From: Alkanindiges sp. WGS2144
GTDB taxonomy: Bacteria > Pseudomonadota > Gammaproteobacteria > Pseudomonadales > Moraxellaceae
DNA length: 32,000 nucleotides
NCBI RefSeq assembly: GCF_043950625.1
Contig: NZ_CP171007.1
Reading direction: 5' to 3' (one strand)
Shown here piece by piece: positions 1-8,309 of this stretch. Numbering within the stretch: position 1 is the first letter of the stretch; the number at the start of each line of letters is the position of its first letter. Under the pieces are notes generated by a model. That model made no database searches, was not told the DNA's origin, and saw nothing but the letters and a program-made list of their open reading frames with translations. The position numbers were made by a program, and so were the translations under genes.

Positions 1-747
1 ATCATTGCATACCGATTGATGGCAATGCAGGCTAAACGTAGGGCTACCCGAACCATTAAAACACAGTTGCCCATCATTAAACCATGCAAAATGCTGCTGG
101 ATATAGTCAATAAACTGTTGATAACTGGCCTGTGATTGCTGATAGCTTTTTTCCAAAGACTGCAAGATCGCAGGAATTTTACTCACGTGGGCATCGTAGC
201 CCATCAGGCCAGAAAACTTTAAACATTGCGGATGCTGGCTAATTAGTTGTAATAAGGGCTGTAGCTTTTCAGGTTGTTGCAGGCCACCCCGATGCAAGCC
301 AATATCAATTTCAATATTAATCTGCAATCGGATCTGCTGCTGCATGGCCAGCTGTAAGTATTGCTGCAAGCGCTCCAGACTATCAACCAGCCACTGTATT
401 GGAGTATTTTTATGTTGCGGATATTGCTGATAAAAATGCCGTACCGCGGCAATGGGCATAGGTTTGCCCAGTAATATATCAGCCTGTGGAAATTGCTGTA
501 AAACCAGCGGCAAATGCGGTGCGTGAAACACCATAAAACGCTGGCAGTTCAGCTTGGCTGCAATATAGTTAATGAGCGGCATACTCTCTAAAGACTTGAC
601 CACCAGACGCGGTTTTAAATGACCAAGCTGCTGCTGAGCATAGGCAATATTGGTATCCAGACTGGCCTGATCCACAACTAAAGCAGGAATGCCTTGCCCT
701 TGATTTTTAAGCACTTCATTGAGCTGCTGGTAAAAGCTTGCTTGCAT
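1..747 (-). CDS. Fold-type III PLP enzyme (alanine-racemase N-terminal domain / DSD1-like, i.e. D-threonine aldolase or D-serine dehydratase-like). Only the first 249 codons are present; the gene runs off the window edge.
   Basis: Absent from the ORF track because it has no in-window stop. My hand translation of the minus strand from the ATG at 747-745 gives MQASFYQQLNEVLKNQGQGIPALVVDQASLDTNIAYAQQQLGHLKPRLVVKSLESMPLINYIAAKLNCQRFMVFHAP...GLMGYDAHVSKIP... and stays open to base 1. 'RLVVKSLES' resembles the PLP-lysine segment and 'GLMGYDAH' the G-x-Y-x-H segment of this fold. It lies 38 bp downstream of the previous gene on the same strand. Confidence 0.55.
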   Translation of the reverse strand, partial: MQASFYQQLNEVLKNQGQGIPALVVDQASLDTNIAYAQQQLGHLKPRLVVKSLESMPLINYIAAKLNCQRFMVFHAPHLPLVLQQFPQADILLGKPMPIAAVRHFYQQYPQHKNTPIQWLVDSLERLQQYLQLAMQQQIRLQINIEIDIGLHRGGLQQPEKLQPLLQLISQHPQCLKFSGLMGYDAHVSKIPAILQSLEKSYQQSQASYQQFIDYIQQHFAWFNDGQLCFNGSGSPTFSLHCHQSVCND

Positions 748-785
748 CTTGCTTTTCCCTTTAAGGTTACTGATCTAAAAGGTTA

Positions 786-2105
786 TCAGTCTAGAAACAA
801 CTGCTGTAAATGCTGGTTTAGCCATTTTTGCTGTGGGTCGAGCTGCTCACGCAATTGCATAAAGTCATTCCAGCGCGGATAAAGTGCACGCAACTGCGGG
901 GCGCTCATGTTGTGCATTTTACCCCAGTGCGGACGTCCCTGATATTTTTGAAAAACTGGTTCAACCAGCTTAAAAATTTGCTGGCAGTCCTGCTTATGGT
1001 ACTGGTGAATGGAAATAGACGCGCTGTCCCGCTGATAAAACGGACTCAGCCAGATATCATCCGCCTTCACATAGCGATACTCCAGCGGAAAAAACATGGG
1101 GGCTTTATGCTTGCGTAGCGTGTGTACCACTTCATTTAAGCACTCCAGACCCTGCTCTGCCGGAATCTGGTATTCCATTTCATTAAAACGGGTGTTGCGC
1201 GGCGTGGGGAAAATATTGCTTGACCAGTCGATACAAGTGGTTGGCTTTACAAATACACCGAGTAATTTTTGCAAATATGGATTGACTGCCGGAAGCGCAC
1301 GCACAAGCTCTGAGCATAAGGTTAATAGCGTGTCTTCGGATGGCCAGGGCGCTTTGCGTGGACTAACCAGGTCAGTACACAGGTCTAGCGTTTTCACCAT
1401 GGACTGCTCACCATGCACAAACACAAAACTTTCAATATGCCGGTGCTGGCTTTTCCAGTCCTGCATATTGGCCAGAATTTCATCTAGCGGCTTTAAATAT
1501 ACTTCTTCTTTGAGCTGATAACGCGGCATGTTTTGCATGGTGATTTTGGTCAAAACCCCGAAACTGCCCAGTGCAACCCGCCCAGCCGTAAAAATCTCGA
1601 TATTGTGCTTCCGGTCACACCATAAAATATCACCATTAGCGGTGACTAGCTCAAAGCCTTCTACCAAGCTAGACAAGCACGGCAACTGATAGCCGGTGCC
1701 ATGTGTCCCGGTAGATACAGCACCGGCCAGACTTTGCTGGTCAATATCACCCTGATTCATTAAAGCTTGATTAATAGGATTTAAAAACTGGCCTAAGTCT
1801 TTTAGGCGTGTACCAGCATACAAGGTGCTTTGGCATAATTCGTCGTCATGATTCACCAGACCAGTCAGGTTATCCAGTGAAATAAGGGTATCGTCTGTAC
1901 ACACCAGTGGGCTAAACGAATGCCCTGCACCTACCACCCGGCACTTTTGGCGCTGCTGTACTGTATGCGCCAGTTCCTCTACCGATGCTGGCTGTATAAA
2001 TTGCGCCGGATTTGACTGCTGCAAACCTGACCAGTTCTGCCAGCTGGCTGACTGGATGTTAATACCACTCCCGGCAGTGGTGCTTATGCTATTCATATTT
2101 ATCAT
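786..2105 (-). CDS. FAD-dependent oxidase, D-arabinono-1,4-lactone oxidase / L-gulonolactone oxidase (ALO) family
   Basis: 439-aa ORF. N-terminal PCMH-type FAD-binding block 'CRVVGAGHSFSPLVCTDD'. C-terminal 'QGRPHWGKMH' is typical of the ALO domain. It starts 27 bp after the upstream gene's stop on the same strand. Confidence 0.8.
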   Translation of the reverse strand: MINMNSISTTAGSGINIQSASWQNWSGLQQSNPAQFIQPASVEELAHTVQQRQKCRVVGAGHSFSPLVCTDDTLISLDNLTGLVNHDDELCQSTLYAGTRLKDLGQFLNPINQALMNQGDIDQQSLAGAVSTGTHGTGYQLPCLSSLVEGFELVTANGDILWCDRKHNIEIFTAGRVALGSFGVLTKITMQNMPRYQLKEEVYLKPLDEILANMQDWKSQHRHIESFVFVHGEQSMVKTLDLCTDLVSPRKAPWPSEDTLLTLCSELVRALPAVNPYLQKLLGVFVKPTTCIDWSSNIFPTPRNTRFNEMEYQIPAEQGLECLNEVVHTLRKHKAPMFFPLEYRYVKADDIWLSPFYQRDSASISIHQYHKQDCQQIFKLVEPVFQKYQGRPHWGKMHNMSAPQLRALYPRWNDFMQLREQLDPQQKWLNQHLQQLFLD

Positions 2106-2132
2106 CCCTGATCTATTGTTTTGCTTGAATGT

Positions 2133-3926
2133 TTAGGACACCGCTGTTTTTAAGTTTCCGGTGTTGGTTCTTAGCGCCAGCTCATGTTTAGGCACAATGG
2201 GCGGCTGAGTGTGCTGGTCATGTTCCCGCTGCTGTTCTGGTTTGACAAATTCTTTAGCAAGCTGCTCAAAACAGGTCTGAAAGGCAGCCAGTGTCCATTG
2301 CCCAAACAGGGTATGTCCACCTTCGTAAGCCTGCTCCTGATATTCCTCATAGGTAGTAATATAGCCCATATAGTCATTGCAGTATGAGCACAGTAATACT
2401 TGCTCTATGCCTTGCGCCTGTAAAACAGGCCTGACAGTATCCACCAAGCGCTTGCCCGCTGTGGTAGTAATTTCACCGGGACAAGCCAGCAAGGCAATTT
2501 GCCCAATACGAATCATTTGCAGTGGCAGTACACTGGGAACCAGAGGGCTTTCATTAATTGCACCGGCTGCTACTTGCCGGTTCATTTCAGCAATCAAAGG
2601 ATCAATTATTCCAGGGGGTGAGCCCAGCGCCCGACCTAAAATACGTTTTTTGCCTGCCTCAAGCACAATTGCCTTTGGCCCTTGTGAGGCATAAAGCTGC
2701 TGATAATATGCTGCTTCATTATGCTTGCGCATGAGTGGACTTAAGCGTAATTTTCTAACTGCATGCGCACTTAGCTGCATGGCCTTGGTAATAGGCGCTG
2801 CTGTTCCTGGACCGTCAATGGGCGTCCCGGCAAAAAATGCTGCTCCATGGCACGGATCACTGGTAAAAGCCTGCTGGTTGCCTCCGGTGAATTCCGACTT
2901 CACATGGATATGACTAAAATCGCGATAACCCAAAATACTGTCTGTTACGCCCTCTACATTAAGAATAGGCTGGCTGAGGGCATTAAGCGCCAGATCACTT
3001 TGATAGCTACCATTTCGTTGCGCATATGCATAAACCTGGGGGCCGTTTAATTTTTTACGGCGAGCTGTGGCAGTTTTGCCTTGATAATGCGGTGATACAT
3101 CACCCGCTGAACCCTGAGCAAAAATAGCTATTGGTTGCTCTATACCCTGTTTTACAAGCCAGTTCTCGGTTTGCTCTGCTGCATAACCTTTGTTATCACC
3201 ACTATGCTTATGCAATGTACTGCCTACACAAGTGGCATGCACGCCAAATAAGGATAGCAGTGCGCTTAATTTGCCATCACGGTAAAAACCCAGCAGATTC
3301 ATATGACGATCCAGCGCCAGATGAGTTTCGTCAATACTACGCGGGCTTACGTCAGGGTTACGATTATAGGCAGCCAGTGAGCGATTCCATGCTACCGGAA
3401 TATCTGCTTTAAATTGCTCACTACCAAACTGAATAGTAGTTGGTTGCCTGCTGTGCCAGGCCTGCATAACCGCCTCTACAATGGCTTGCACCACTGCATT
3501 TAAATGTTCAGGCACAAAGCCTGGGGTTGGCATGTTGTATAATGCCTCATAAGCGCAGCCACCAGGTGCAGAATGTGTATGGGTAGCAGTGAGCATAAAA
3601 GCGCTATCATCAAAATCTGTGGCTAGCTTTTGACTTAACAGCTTACTGGCTTCACTACGCATGGCATGGGTAATGCAACCCATATCCAAACAGCAGATTA
3701 TCACCGGAGCTTGTTGTTCATTCTGGATACAAATAGCTCGTGCAAACAAGCTACTTTGCTCACCTTTTGCCCGGTGCTGCCATTGTCCATAACCAAACAT
3801 GGCATAGCCTCGGGCCTGAATATTGATACGCTGTTTTCCCCAACCGACGTTGTACATTATTTGCCCATTAATTATTTTTAACCAATCATTTATAGGTAAA
3901 ATCCGGGGCTTAGGCAAGTCTTTCAT
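2133..3926 (-). CDS. Neutral/alkaline (non-lysosomal) ceramidase-family amidohydrolase, apparently cytoplasmic (no signal peptide)
   Basis: 597-aa ORF. N-terminal block 'VGWGKQRINIQARGYAMFGYGQWQHRAKG..SLFARAI' and 'TATHTHSAPGG' match the conserved N-terminal and His-rich metal motifs of neutral ceramidases as I remember them. The first 25 residues are hydrophilic and not signal-like. Confidence 0.7.
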   Translation of the reverse strand: MKDLPKPRILPINDWLKIINGQIMYNVGWGKQRINIQARGYAMFGYGQWQHRAKGEQSSLFARAICIQNEQQAPVIICCLDMGCITHAMRSEASKLLSQKLATDFDDSAFMLTATHTHSAPGGCAYEALYNMPTPGFVPEHLNAVVQAIVEAVMQAWHSRQPTTIQFGSEQFKADIPVAWNRSLAAYNRNPDVSPRSIDETHLALDRHMNLLGFYRDGKLSALLSLFGVHATCVGSTLHKHSGDNKGYAAEQTENWLVKQGIEQPIAIFAQGSAGDVSPHYQGKTATARRKKLNGPQVYAYAQRNGSYQSDLALNALSQPILNVEGVTDSILGYRDFSHIHVKSEFTGGNQQAFTSDPCHGAAFFAGTPIDGPGTAAPITKAMQLSAHAVRKLRLSPLMRKHNEAAYYQQLYASQGPKAIVLEAGKKRILGRALGSPPGIIDPLIAEMNRQVAAGAINESPLVPSVLPLQMIRIGQIALLACPGEITTTAGKRLVDTVRPVLQAQGIEQVLLCSYCNDYMGYITTYEEYQEQAYEGGHTLFGQWTLAAFQTCFEQLAKEFVKPEQQREHDQHTQPPIVPKHELALRTNTGNLKTAVS

Positions 3927-3962
3927 CTGTTTTATAATTTTTTGTTTCGAGTGGATCAGCTG

Positions 3963-4550
3963 TTAGTGCTGGATAAACTGGTCAATACCGGTCATTAGCA
4001 TTTGCACGGCCAGAGTAATCAGCAACATACCCATTAAGCGCTCCATTGCAATGAGTATACGCTCACTCAGAAAACGCTTCAGCTTGATGGCAAAAAATAA
4101 GATCAGGCTTGAAGCCAGCCAGGCCAGAAATACCGCTGTCAGCCACTTGGGCCAATGTGCCGGGTTTTGCGTCATCATGAGCATGACGGTAGCAATACTG
4201 GATGGCCCTACTACATAAGGTACCGCTAGTGGCACAATAAATGGTTCCCCTTCAATGCGTTCTTGCAAGGGTTTTTCAGCCGATGGAAATACCATGCGAA
4301 TGGCAATTAAAAATAAAATCACGCCACCTGAAATAGTTAAAGCTGGGCCGGTAATATGAAACCAGCTTAATAAATACTGGCCTGTAAACAGAAAAATAAT
4401 CAACAACAGCAGCGCAATGAGTAACTCACGAATAATGACAATATTCTGGCGCTCAGAAGACACATTTTTGAGAGCAGATAAAAACATGGGCACATTACCC
4501 AGCGGGTCCATGACTAAAAACAGCAAAACAGCCGCAGAAATAATGGTCAT
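3963..4550 (-). CDS. MarC-family (UPF0056/YhgN-like) integral membrane protein
   Basis: 195-aa polytopic ORF starting 'MTIISAAVLLFLVMDPLGNVPMFLSAL', the characteristic MarC-family N-terminus. It ends 36 bp upstream of the ceramidase-like gene on the same strand. Confidence 0.85.
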   Translation of the reverse strand: MTIISAAVLLFLVMDPLGNVPMFLSALKNVSSERQNIVIIRELLIALLLLIIFLFTGQYLLSWFHITGPALTISGGVILFLIAIRMVFPSAEKPLQERIEGEPFIVPLAVPYVVGPSSIATVMLMMTQNPAHWPKWLTAVFLAWLASSLILFFAIKLKRFLSERILIAMERLMGMLLITLAVQMLMTGIDQFIQH

Positions 4551-4690
4551 TAGCGTTCATCAATCCTTATCTGGTTAACAGGCTTAAGGATTTTGAGCTT
4601 AGAGCAGCCCGACTTGGTGTACCAGCATTGCTGTGTATAAGAGCTGCAATTTTTTAGCACAGGCTTATGGTCACTTCAGTTTATCTTGCG

Positions 4691-5011
4691 CTAAGGCTGC
4701 CATTGGTATTGTTTTAAATCAATCCGGTCGTTAATAAACGCTACGCCTTCATTTTCCAGTTTCTGGCGTTGCAGGTCTTCGGCATAAATATCCAACTTGT
4801 GCAGGCTCAGGCGGCCTTGCGCATTAATGATCCGGTGCCAGGGCAATTCAGTATCGGGTGCCAGCAAGCGGTTAAGCGCATAACCCACTAGCCGGGCATG
4901 CCGCGGAAAGCCAGCCAGCGCGGCGATTTGCCCATAAGTGGCTACCTTGCCATAAGGCACCAGAGCAACCACCTGATAAATGTCCTGATAAATGGATGCA
5001 GAAGTGGGCAT
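4691..5011 (-). CDS. atl: Alkyltransferase-like protein (ATL; MGMT DNA-binding domain lacking the acceptor cysteine)
   Basis: 106-aa ORF with 'VPYGKVATYGQIA...RLVGYAL' and 'PWHRIINAQG'. This is the PCHR active-site motif with Cys replaced by Trp, as in E. coli YbaZ/Atl. Confidence 0.8.
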   Translation of the reverse strand: MPTSASIYQDIYQVVALVPYGKVATYGQIAALAGFPRHARLVGYALNRLLAPDTELPWHRIINAQGRLSLHKLDIYAEDLQRQKLENEGVAFINDRIDLKQYQWQP

Positions 5012-5031
5012 AAGATTTTATACAGTCCCGT

Positions 5032-5340
5032 TTAATAAGGTGCATCAATGGCAATTAAAGCAGCCATGACTTCTTTATTACTGGCATATTTTTTACGAAA
5101 ATTTTGTTCATCCCGCTCGATGGTGTGGCAACGTAGCTTGGCCATTTCGCGATTTAATTCATGATCGCGTTTTGAACCATCGCCATTCAACTCTCCGGCA
5201 AAATGCCAACACATTTCATAACGCTGCAAAAACACCTGAGCGTCCTTAGGCAATGCATTCTTTTGAGGCTGAGTCGTAGGGCTTGCCAACGCTAGCGTTG
5301 ATATACTGCTTAAGGCAAGCACAAGTAAAAATTTATTCAT
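5032..5340 (-). CDS. Small secreted/periplasmic hypothetical protein
   Basis: 102-aa ORF with a typical Sec signal peptide (MNKFLLVLALSSISTLALA/SP) and two Cys. I recognise no family. Confidence 0.55.
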   Translation of the reverse strand: MNKFLLVLALSSISTLALASPTTQPQKNALPKDAQVFLQRYEMCWHFAGELNGDGSKRDHELNREMAKLRCHTIERDEQNFRKKYASNKEVMAALIAIDAPY

Positions 5341-5370
5341 CCGTCTTTATCATCAGCTCTTTTAAATTCA

Positions 5371-5411
5371 AAAGTAGTAAAACCAGCGCACCCATTTGGC
5401 ATGGCTGGTTT
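5371..5411 (-). terminator. Candidate rho-independent terminator after prpF
   Basis: On the minus strand, AAACCAGC...GCTGGTTT forms an 8-bp outer stem with inner CCAT/ATGG pairing, followed by TTTTACTACTTTT. It sits 14 bp after the prpF stop. Confidence 0.5.
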
Positions 5412-5424
5412 GTTTATGCAGTGA

Positions 5425-6606
5425 TTAAAACGTATCAGCAGGTACCTGTACCCACCCTTCCATAATAATCCGTGCGCTACGGCTCATGATGGCCTTGGTG
5501 ACCGTCCACTCGCCGTTCACCTGTTTGGCCTCTGCGCCTACTCTGAGCGTACCAGACGGATGACCAAAACGCACTGCTTGCCGCTCTCCCCCACCAGCTG
5601 CTAAATTCACCAGCGTGCCCGGAATGGCTGCGGCGGTGCCAATTGCCACCGCGGCGGTACCCATCATGGCATGGTGTAGCTTACCCATAGATAGCGCACG
5701 TACCAGCAGATCAACATCCGCCGCTTTAATCTGTTTGCCACTGGCCGCCACATAATCCTGCGCCTTGGCCACAAAGGCAATTTTTGGTGTGTGCTGGCGA
5801 GTAGCTGCCTCAGCAGGGTCTTTGATCAACCCCATACGCAAGGCACCAGCCACCCGGATGGCCTCAAACTTTGCCAACGCTTCCGGGCTACTATTAATGG
5901 CTTCACGCAGCTCGGTGCCGGTATAGCCAATATCCTCTGCATTGACAAATACGGTAGGAATACCCGCGGTAATCATGGTGGCCTTTAGCGTACCAACGCC
6001 CGGAACCTCCAGCTCATCGACCAGATTGCCCGTAGGAAACATGGAACCTTCGCCATCATCGGAAGGATCCATGAATTCCAGTACAATTTCTGCTGCTGGA
6101 AAGGTGACGCCATCCAGTTCAAAGTCACCGGTTTCCTGTACCTGTCCATTGCTAATGGGTACATGGGCAATGATGGTTTTGCCGATGTTGGCCTGCCAGA
6201 TGCGTACTATACACATGCCATTTTCAGGAATACGGCCAGGGTCAACCAATCCGGCATGAATGGCAAACGCCCCGGCTCCGGTGGACAGGTTACCGCAGTT
6301 GCCACTCCAGTCCACAAAAGCCTTGTCAATGGATACCTGACCATACAGATAATCGACATCGTGATCCGGCTGTGTGCTTTTGGATAAAATCACGCATTTA
6401 CTGGTACTGGAAGTCGCACCGCCCATGCCATCAATATGCGCACTATAAGGATCAGGGCTGCCAATCACCCGCATAAACAATTTGTCTCGCGCTGCGCCGG
6501 GCACTTGGGCAGCTTCTGGCAGATCAGTTAAGCGAAAAAAGACACCCTTGCTGGTGCCACCACGCATGTAGGTGGCTGGAATTTTAATTTGTGGCGCATG
6601 AGTCAT
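5425..6606 (-). CDS. prpF: 2-methylaconitate cis-trans isomerase PrpF
   Basis: The ORF-track protein contains 'MTHAPQIKIPATYMRGGTSKGVFF', the canonical PrpF N-terminus. I start it at the internal ATG (6606), giving 394 aa. The 25 upstream codons of the track ORF are probably not translated. Confidence 0.85.
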   Translation of the reverse strand: MTHAPQIKIPATYMRGGTSKGVFFRLTDLPEAAQVPGAARDKLFMRVIGSPDPYSAHIDGMGGATSSTSKCVILSKSTQPDHDVDYLYGQVSIDKAFVDWSGNCGNLSTGAGAFAIHAGLVDPGRIPENGMCIVRIWQANIGKTIIAHVPISNGQVQETGDFELDGVTFPAAEIVLEFMDPSDDGEGSMFPTGNLVDELEVPGVGTLKATMITAGIPTVFVNAEDIGYTGTELREAINSSPEALAKFEAIRVAGALRMGLIKDPAEAATRQHTPKIAFVAKAQDYVAASGKQIKAADVDLLVRALSMGKLHHAMMGTAAVAIGTAAAIPGTLVNLAAGGGERQAVRFGHPSGTLRVGAEAKQVNGEWTVTKAIMSRSARIIMEGWVQVPADTF

Positions 6607-6777
6607 TACAGATTCCAGTTGGTTAACCAAATTTGGCTTTATTATAAAGTTGAATGCTTCAATCGGCAGTAGCAATTGCAATCATAATGTTGTTGATCCA
6701 GCATCTGTTTTAATGACAAAACCATCAGCTTCTGGCTATTTCACCTTCGTAATCAGCATCGCTATTTGCAGATCAGG

Positions 6778-7632
6778 TCATGGTTCAGGCCTAACTTGCA
6801 GGCTCTCCCAGGTTTGGATCATTTGCTTTTTGGGTACGCCCCAGCGATAGCCGCCTACTGCACCACTTTGCCGAATCACCCGATGACAGGGAATAATAAA
6901 CGCCACTGGATTGGCACCAATGGCATTGGCAACAGCACGTGACGCACTAGGAGAGCCTAGTGACGAGGCAATGTCTGAATAACTGACCAATGCTCCCACA
7001 GGAATGTTGAGCAGGGTACGCCATACCGCCACCTGAAAATTGGTACCTGATACATGTAACGACAATGGCTTGGGCTGGCTGATCGCCTGCCGCATAGTTC
7101 TTTGCATATCAAACATGCTATGGACAATACCGTGGGTGGCGGCATCGTCACGTTGTAAAGTACTAAGTGGCCAGCTCCTCTGCAAATCAGCCAGTTCATG
7201 CTCCAGTGAGCTAAAATCAATAAAGCTGGCACGACAAATTCCGCGTCGGGTAAGCGCCATAAATATCGGGCCAAATGGCGTTGCATGTACACCATAAGTA
7301 ATCTGTACATCCTTGCCCTTTTGCTTGTGCTCACCCGGTGTTACCGCTTCTAGTTGTACAAAATGATCATGCAGCCGTGAACTGCCACTTAAGCCAGTTT
7401 CATATGAAACATCCAGCAGTGACCGTGACTGCGCCAGTAACTGCTTGCTATGTTCCAGTGTAAGTACCTGCAAAAACCGCTTGGGTGTAATCCCTGCCCA
7501 TTGGCAAAACATGCGCTGAAAATGAAAGGGGCTTAAATGCACCTGCGCTGCAATATCATCCAGGCTGGGCTGTTCACCCACATGATTCACCAGATAGCTA
7601 ATTGCCTTTTCGATGCGTTCATAATCGGACAT
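6778..7632 (-). CDS. AraC-type HTH domain fused to methylated-DNA--protein-cysteine S-methyltransferase (Ada-like, without the N-terminal Zn/Cys4 Ada domain)
   Basis: N-terminal half has an AraC HTH ('LDDIAAQVHLSPFHFQRMFCQWAGITPKRFLQ'). C-terminal half has the OGT signature 'IPCHRVIRQSGAVGGYRWG'. I chose the ATG at 7632 because a GAGG lies 9 nt upstream of it. Confidence 0.85.
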   Translation of the reverse strand: MSDYERIEKAISYLVNHVGEQPSLDDIAAQVHLSPFHFQRMFCQWAGITPKRFLQVLTLEHSKQLLAQSRSLLDVSYETGLSGSSRLHDHFVQLEAVTPGEHKQKGKDVQITYGVHATPFGPIFMALTRRGICRASFIDFSSLEHELADLQRSWPLSTLQRDDAATHGIVHSMFDMQRTMRQAISQPKPLSLHVSGTNFQVAVWRTLLNIPVGALVSYSDIASSLGSPSASRAVANAIGANPVAFIIPCHRVIRQSGAVGGYRWGVPKKQMIQTWESLQVRPEP

Positions 7633-7909
7633 CACATGTGGCCTCAATACAATATACAGATAGGATAACCATAATAATGACCTCTACCGACCTGAATCTT
7701 GCGGATATATTCGATTTATCTGATATTCAGCAAACCGCGTGCCTTGTTGTAGCCACGTGTTTATCTTTTCCCTCATACATTTGGCCTATCAACCCCTGAT
7801 GTTACCGCAGATTGTACTTTATGAAGTGAATTGCAGTCATGGTGCCTTTATCCGCATTTCATGATTACACTGGACTTTCCGACTAGCTCAACGCCAAAGG
7901 AGCCCAATA

Positions 7910-8234
7910 ATGTCTGATAAACGTCTCTCTGACGCCATGGAAAAAGCCTTAAGTGACCAAATGATGAATGAAGCCGAACAGGCACAAGCCTATCTGGCTT
8001 TAGGTTCATGGGCAGAAGTCAATAATTTTGATGGTCTGGCCGACCTTTAATTTCATGCAATGGTTTGTCAAAGAACAAATTGAAGAAGAAAGCCTGATTG
8101 ATGACCTACGCGACAAATACGCGCTGGCCTCCAAGGAAAAACATGGCAACACCAATCTGTACTCCTTTGACCGTGATTTGCAAAATGCGTCACAAGAAGG
8201 TGACATGGCACGTGACGCCGATCTGGAAGAATAA
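7910..8234 (+). pseudogene. Non-haem ferritin (FtnA-like) remnant with an internal deletion and frame change
   Basis: Frame 1 from the ATG at 7910 (AAAGGAG upstream) gives MSDKRLSDAMEKALSDQMMNEAEQAQAYLALGSWAEVNNFDGLADL*, matching the FtnA N-terminus through 'FEGAAAF'. A different frame from ~8037 gives WPTFNFMQWFVKEQIEEESLIDDLRDKYALA..., matching FtnA '[20 protein letters not shown]' and the C-terminus. The central ~80-85 residues are missing. Confidence 0.6.
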
Positions 8235-8250
8235 GTTTCTACTTCTTAGC

Positions 8251-8283
8251 AAAGCCAGTTTAGGGAGCGCCTTATACTGGCTT
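8251..8283. terminator. Candidate bidirectional hairpin between convergent genes
   Basis: AAAGCCAGT (8251-8259) pairs with ACTGGCTTT (8275-8283). The stem is 9 bp, the loop is long (15 nt), and there are T-rich flanks. Confidence 0.4.
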
Positions 8284-8309
8284 TGTTTATAAAATAACAA
8301 TGAAGCAAT

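Noticed and set aside
4571-4601. Inverted repeat AATCCTTA...TAAGGATT between the ATL gene and the MarC-family gene
   Set aside because: It has an 8-bp AT-rich stem with a 15-nt loop and no following U-tract on the transcribed strand. That is not convincing as a terminator or operator.
6607-6681. N-terminal extensions of track ORFs (prpF 25 codons; likewise mutM 19571-19645, nitronate monooxygenase 28478-28549, AraC-OGT 7633-7647, ygfZ-like 16951-16962)
   Set aside because: In each case the canonical family N-terminus begins at an internal ATG (MTHAPQIKIP, MPELPEVE, MLQPAENF with GAGG upstream, MSDYERIEK with GAGG upstream). The extensions are therefore probably untranslated.
6957-7334. 125-aa minus-strand ORF and 85-aa plus-strand ORF overlapping the AraC-OGT gene
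   Set aside because: They are alternative-frame ORFs inside a motif-supported gene, and their translations have no recognisable features.
7664-7682. Fur-box-like sequence GATAACCATAATAATGACC upstream of the ferritin remnant
   Set aside because: Only about 13 of 19 positions match the GATAATGATAATCATTATC consensus, it lies ~230 bp from the start codon, and the downstream gene is a pseudogene.
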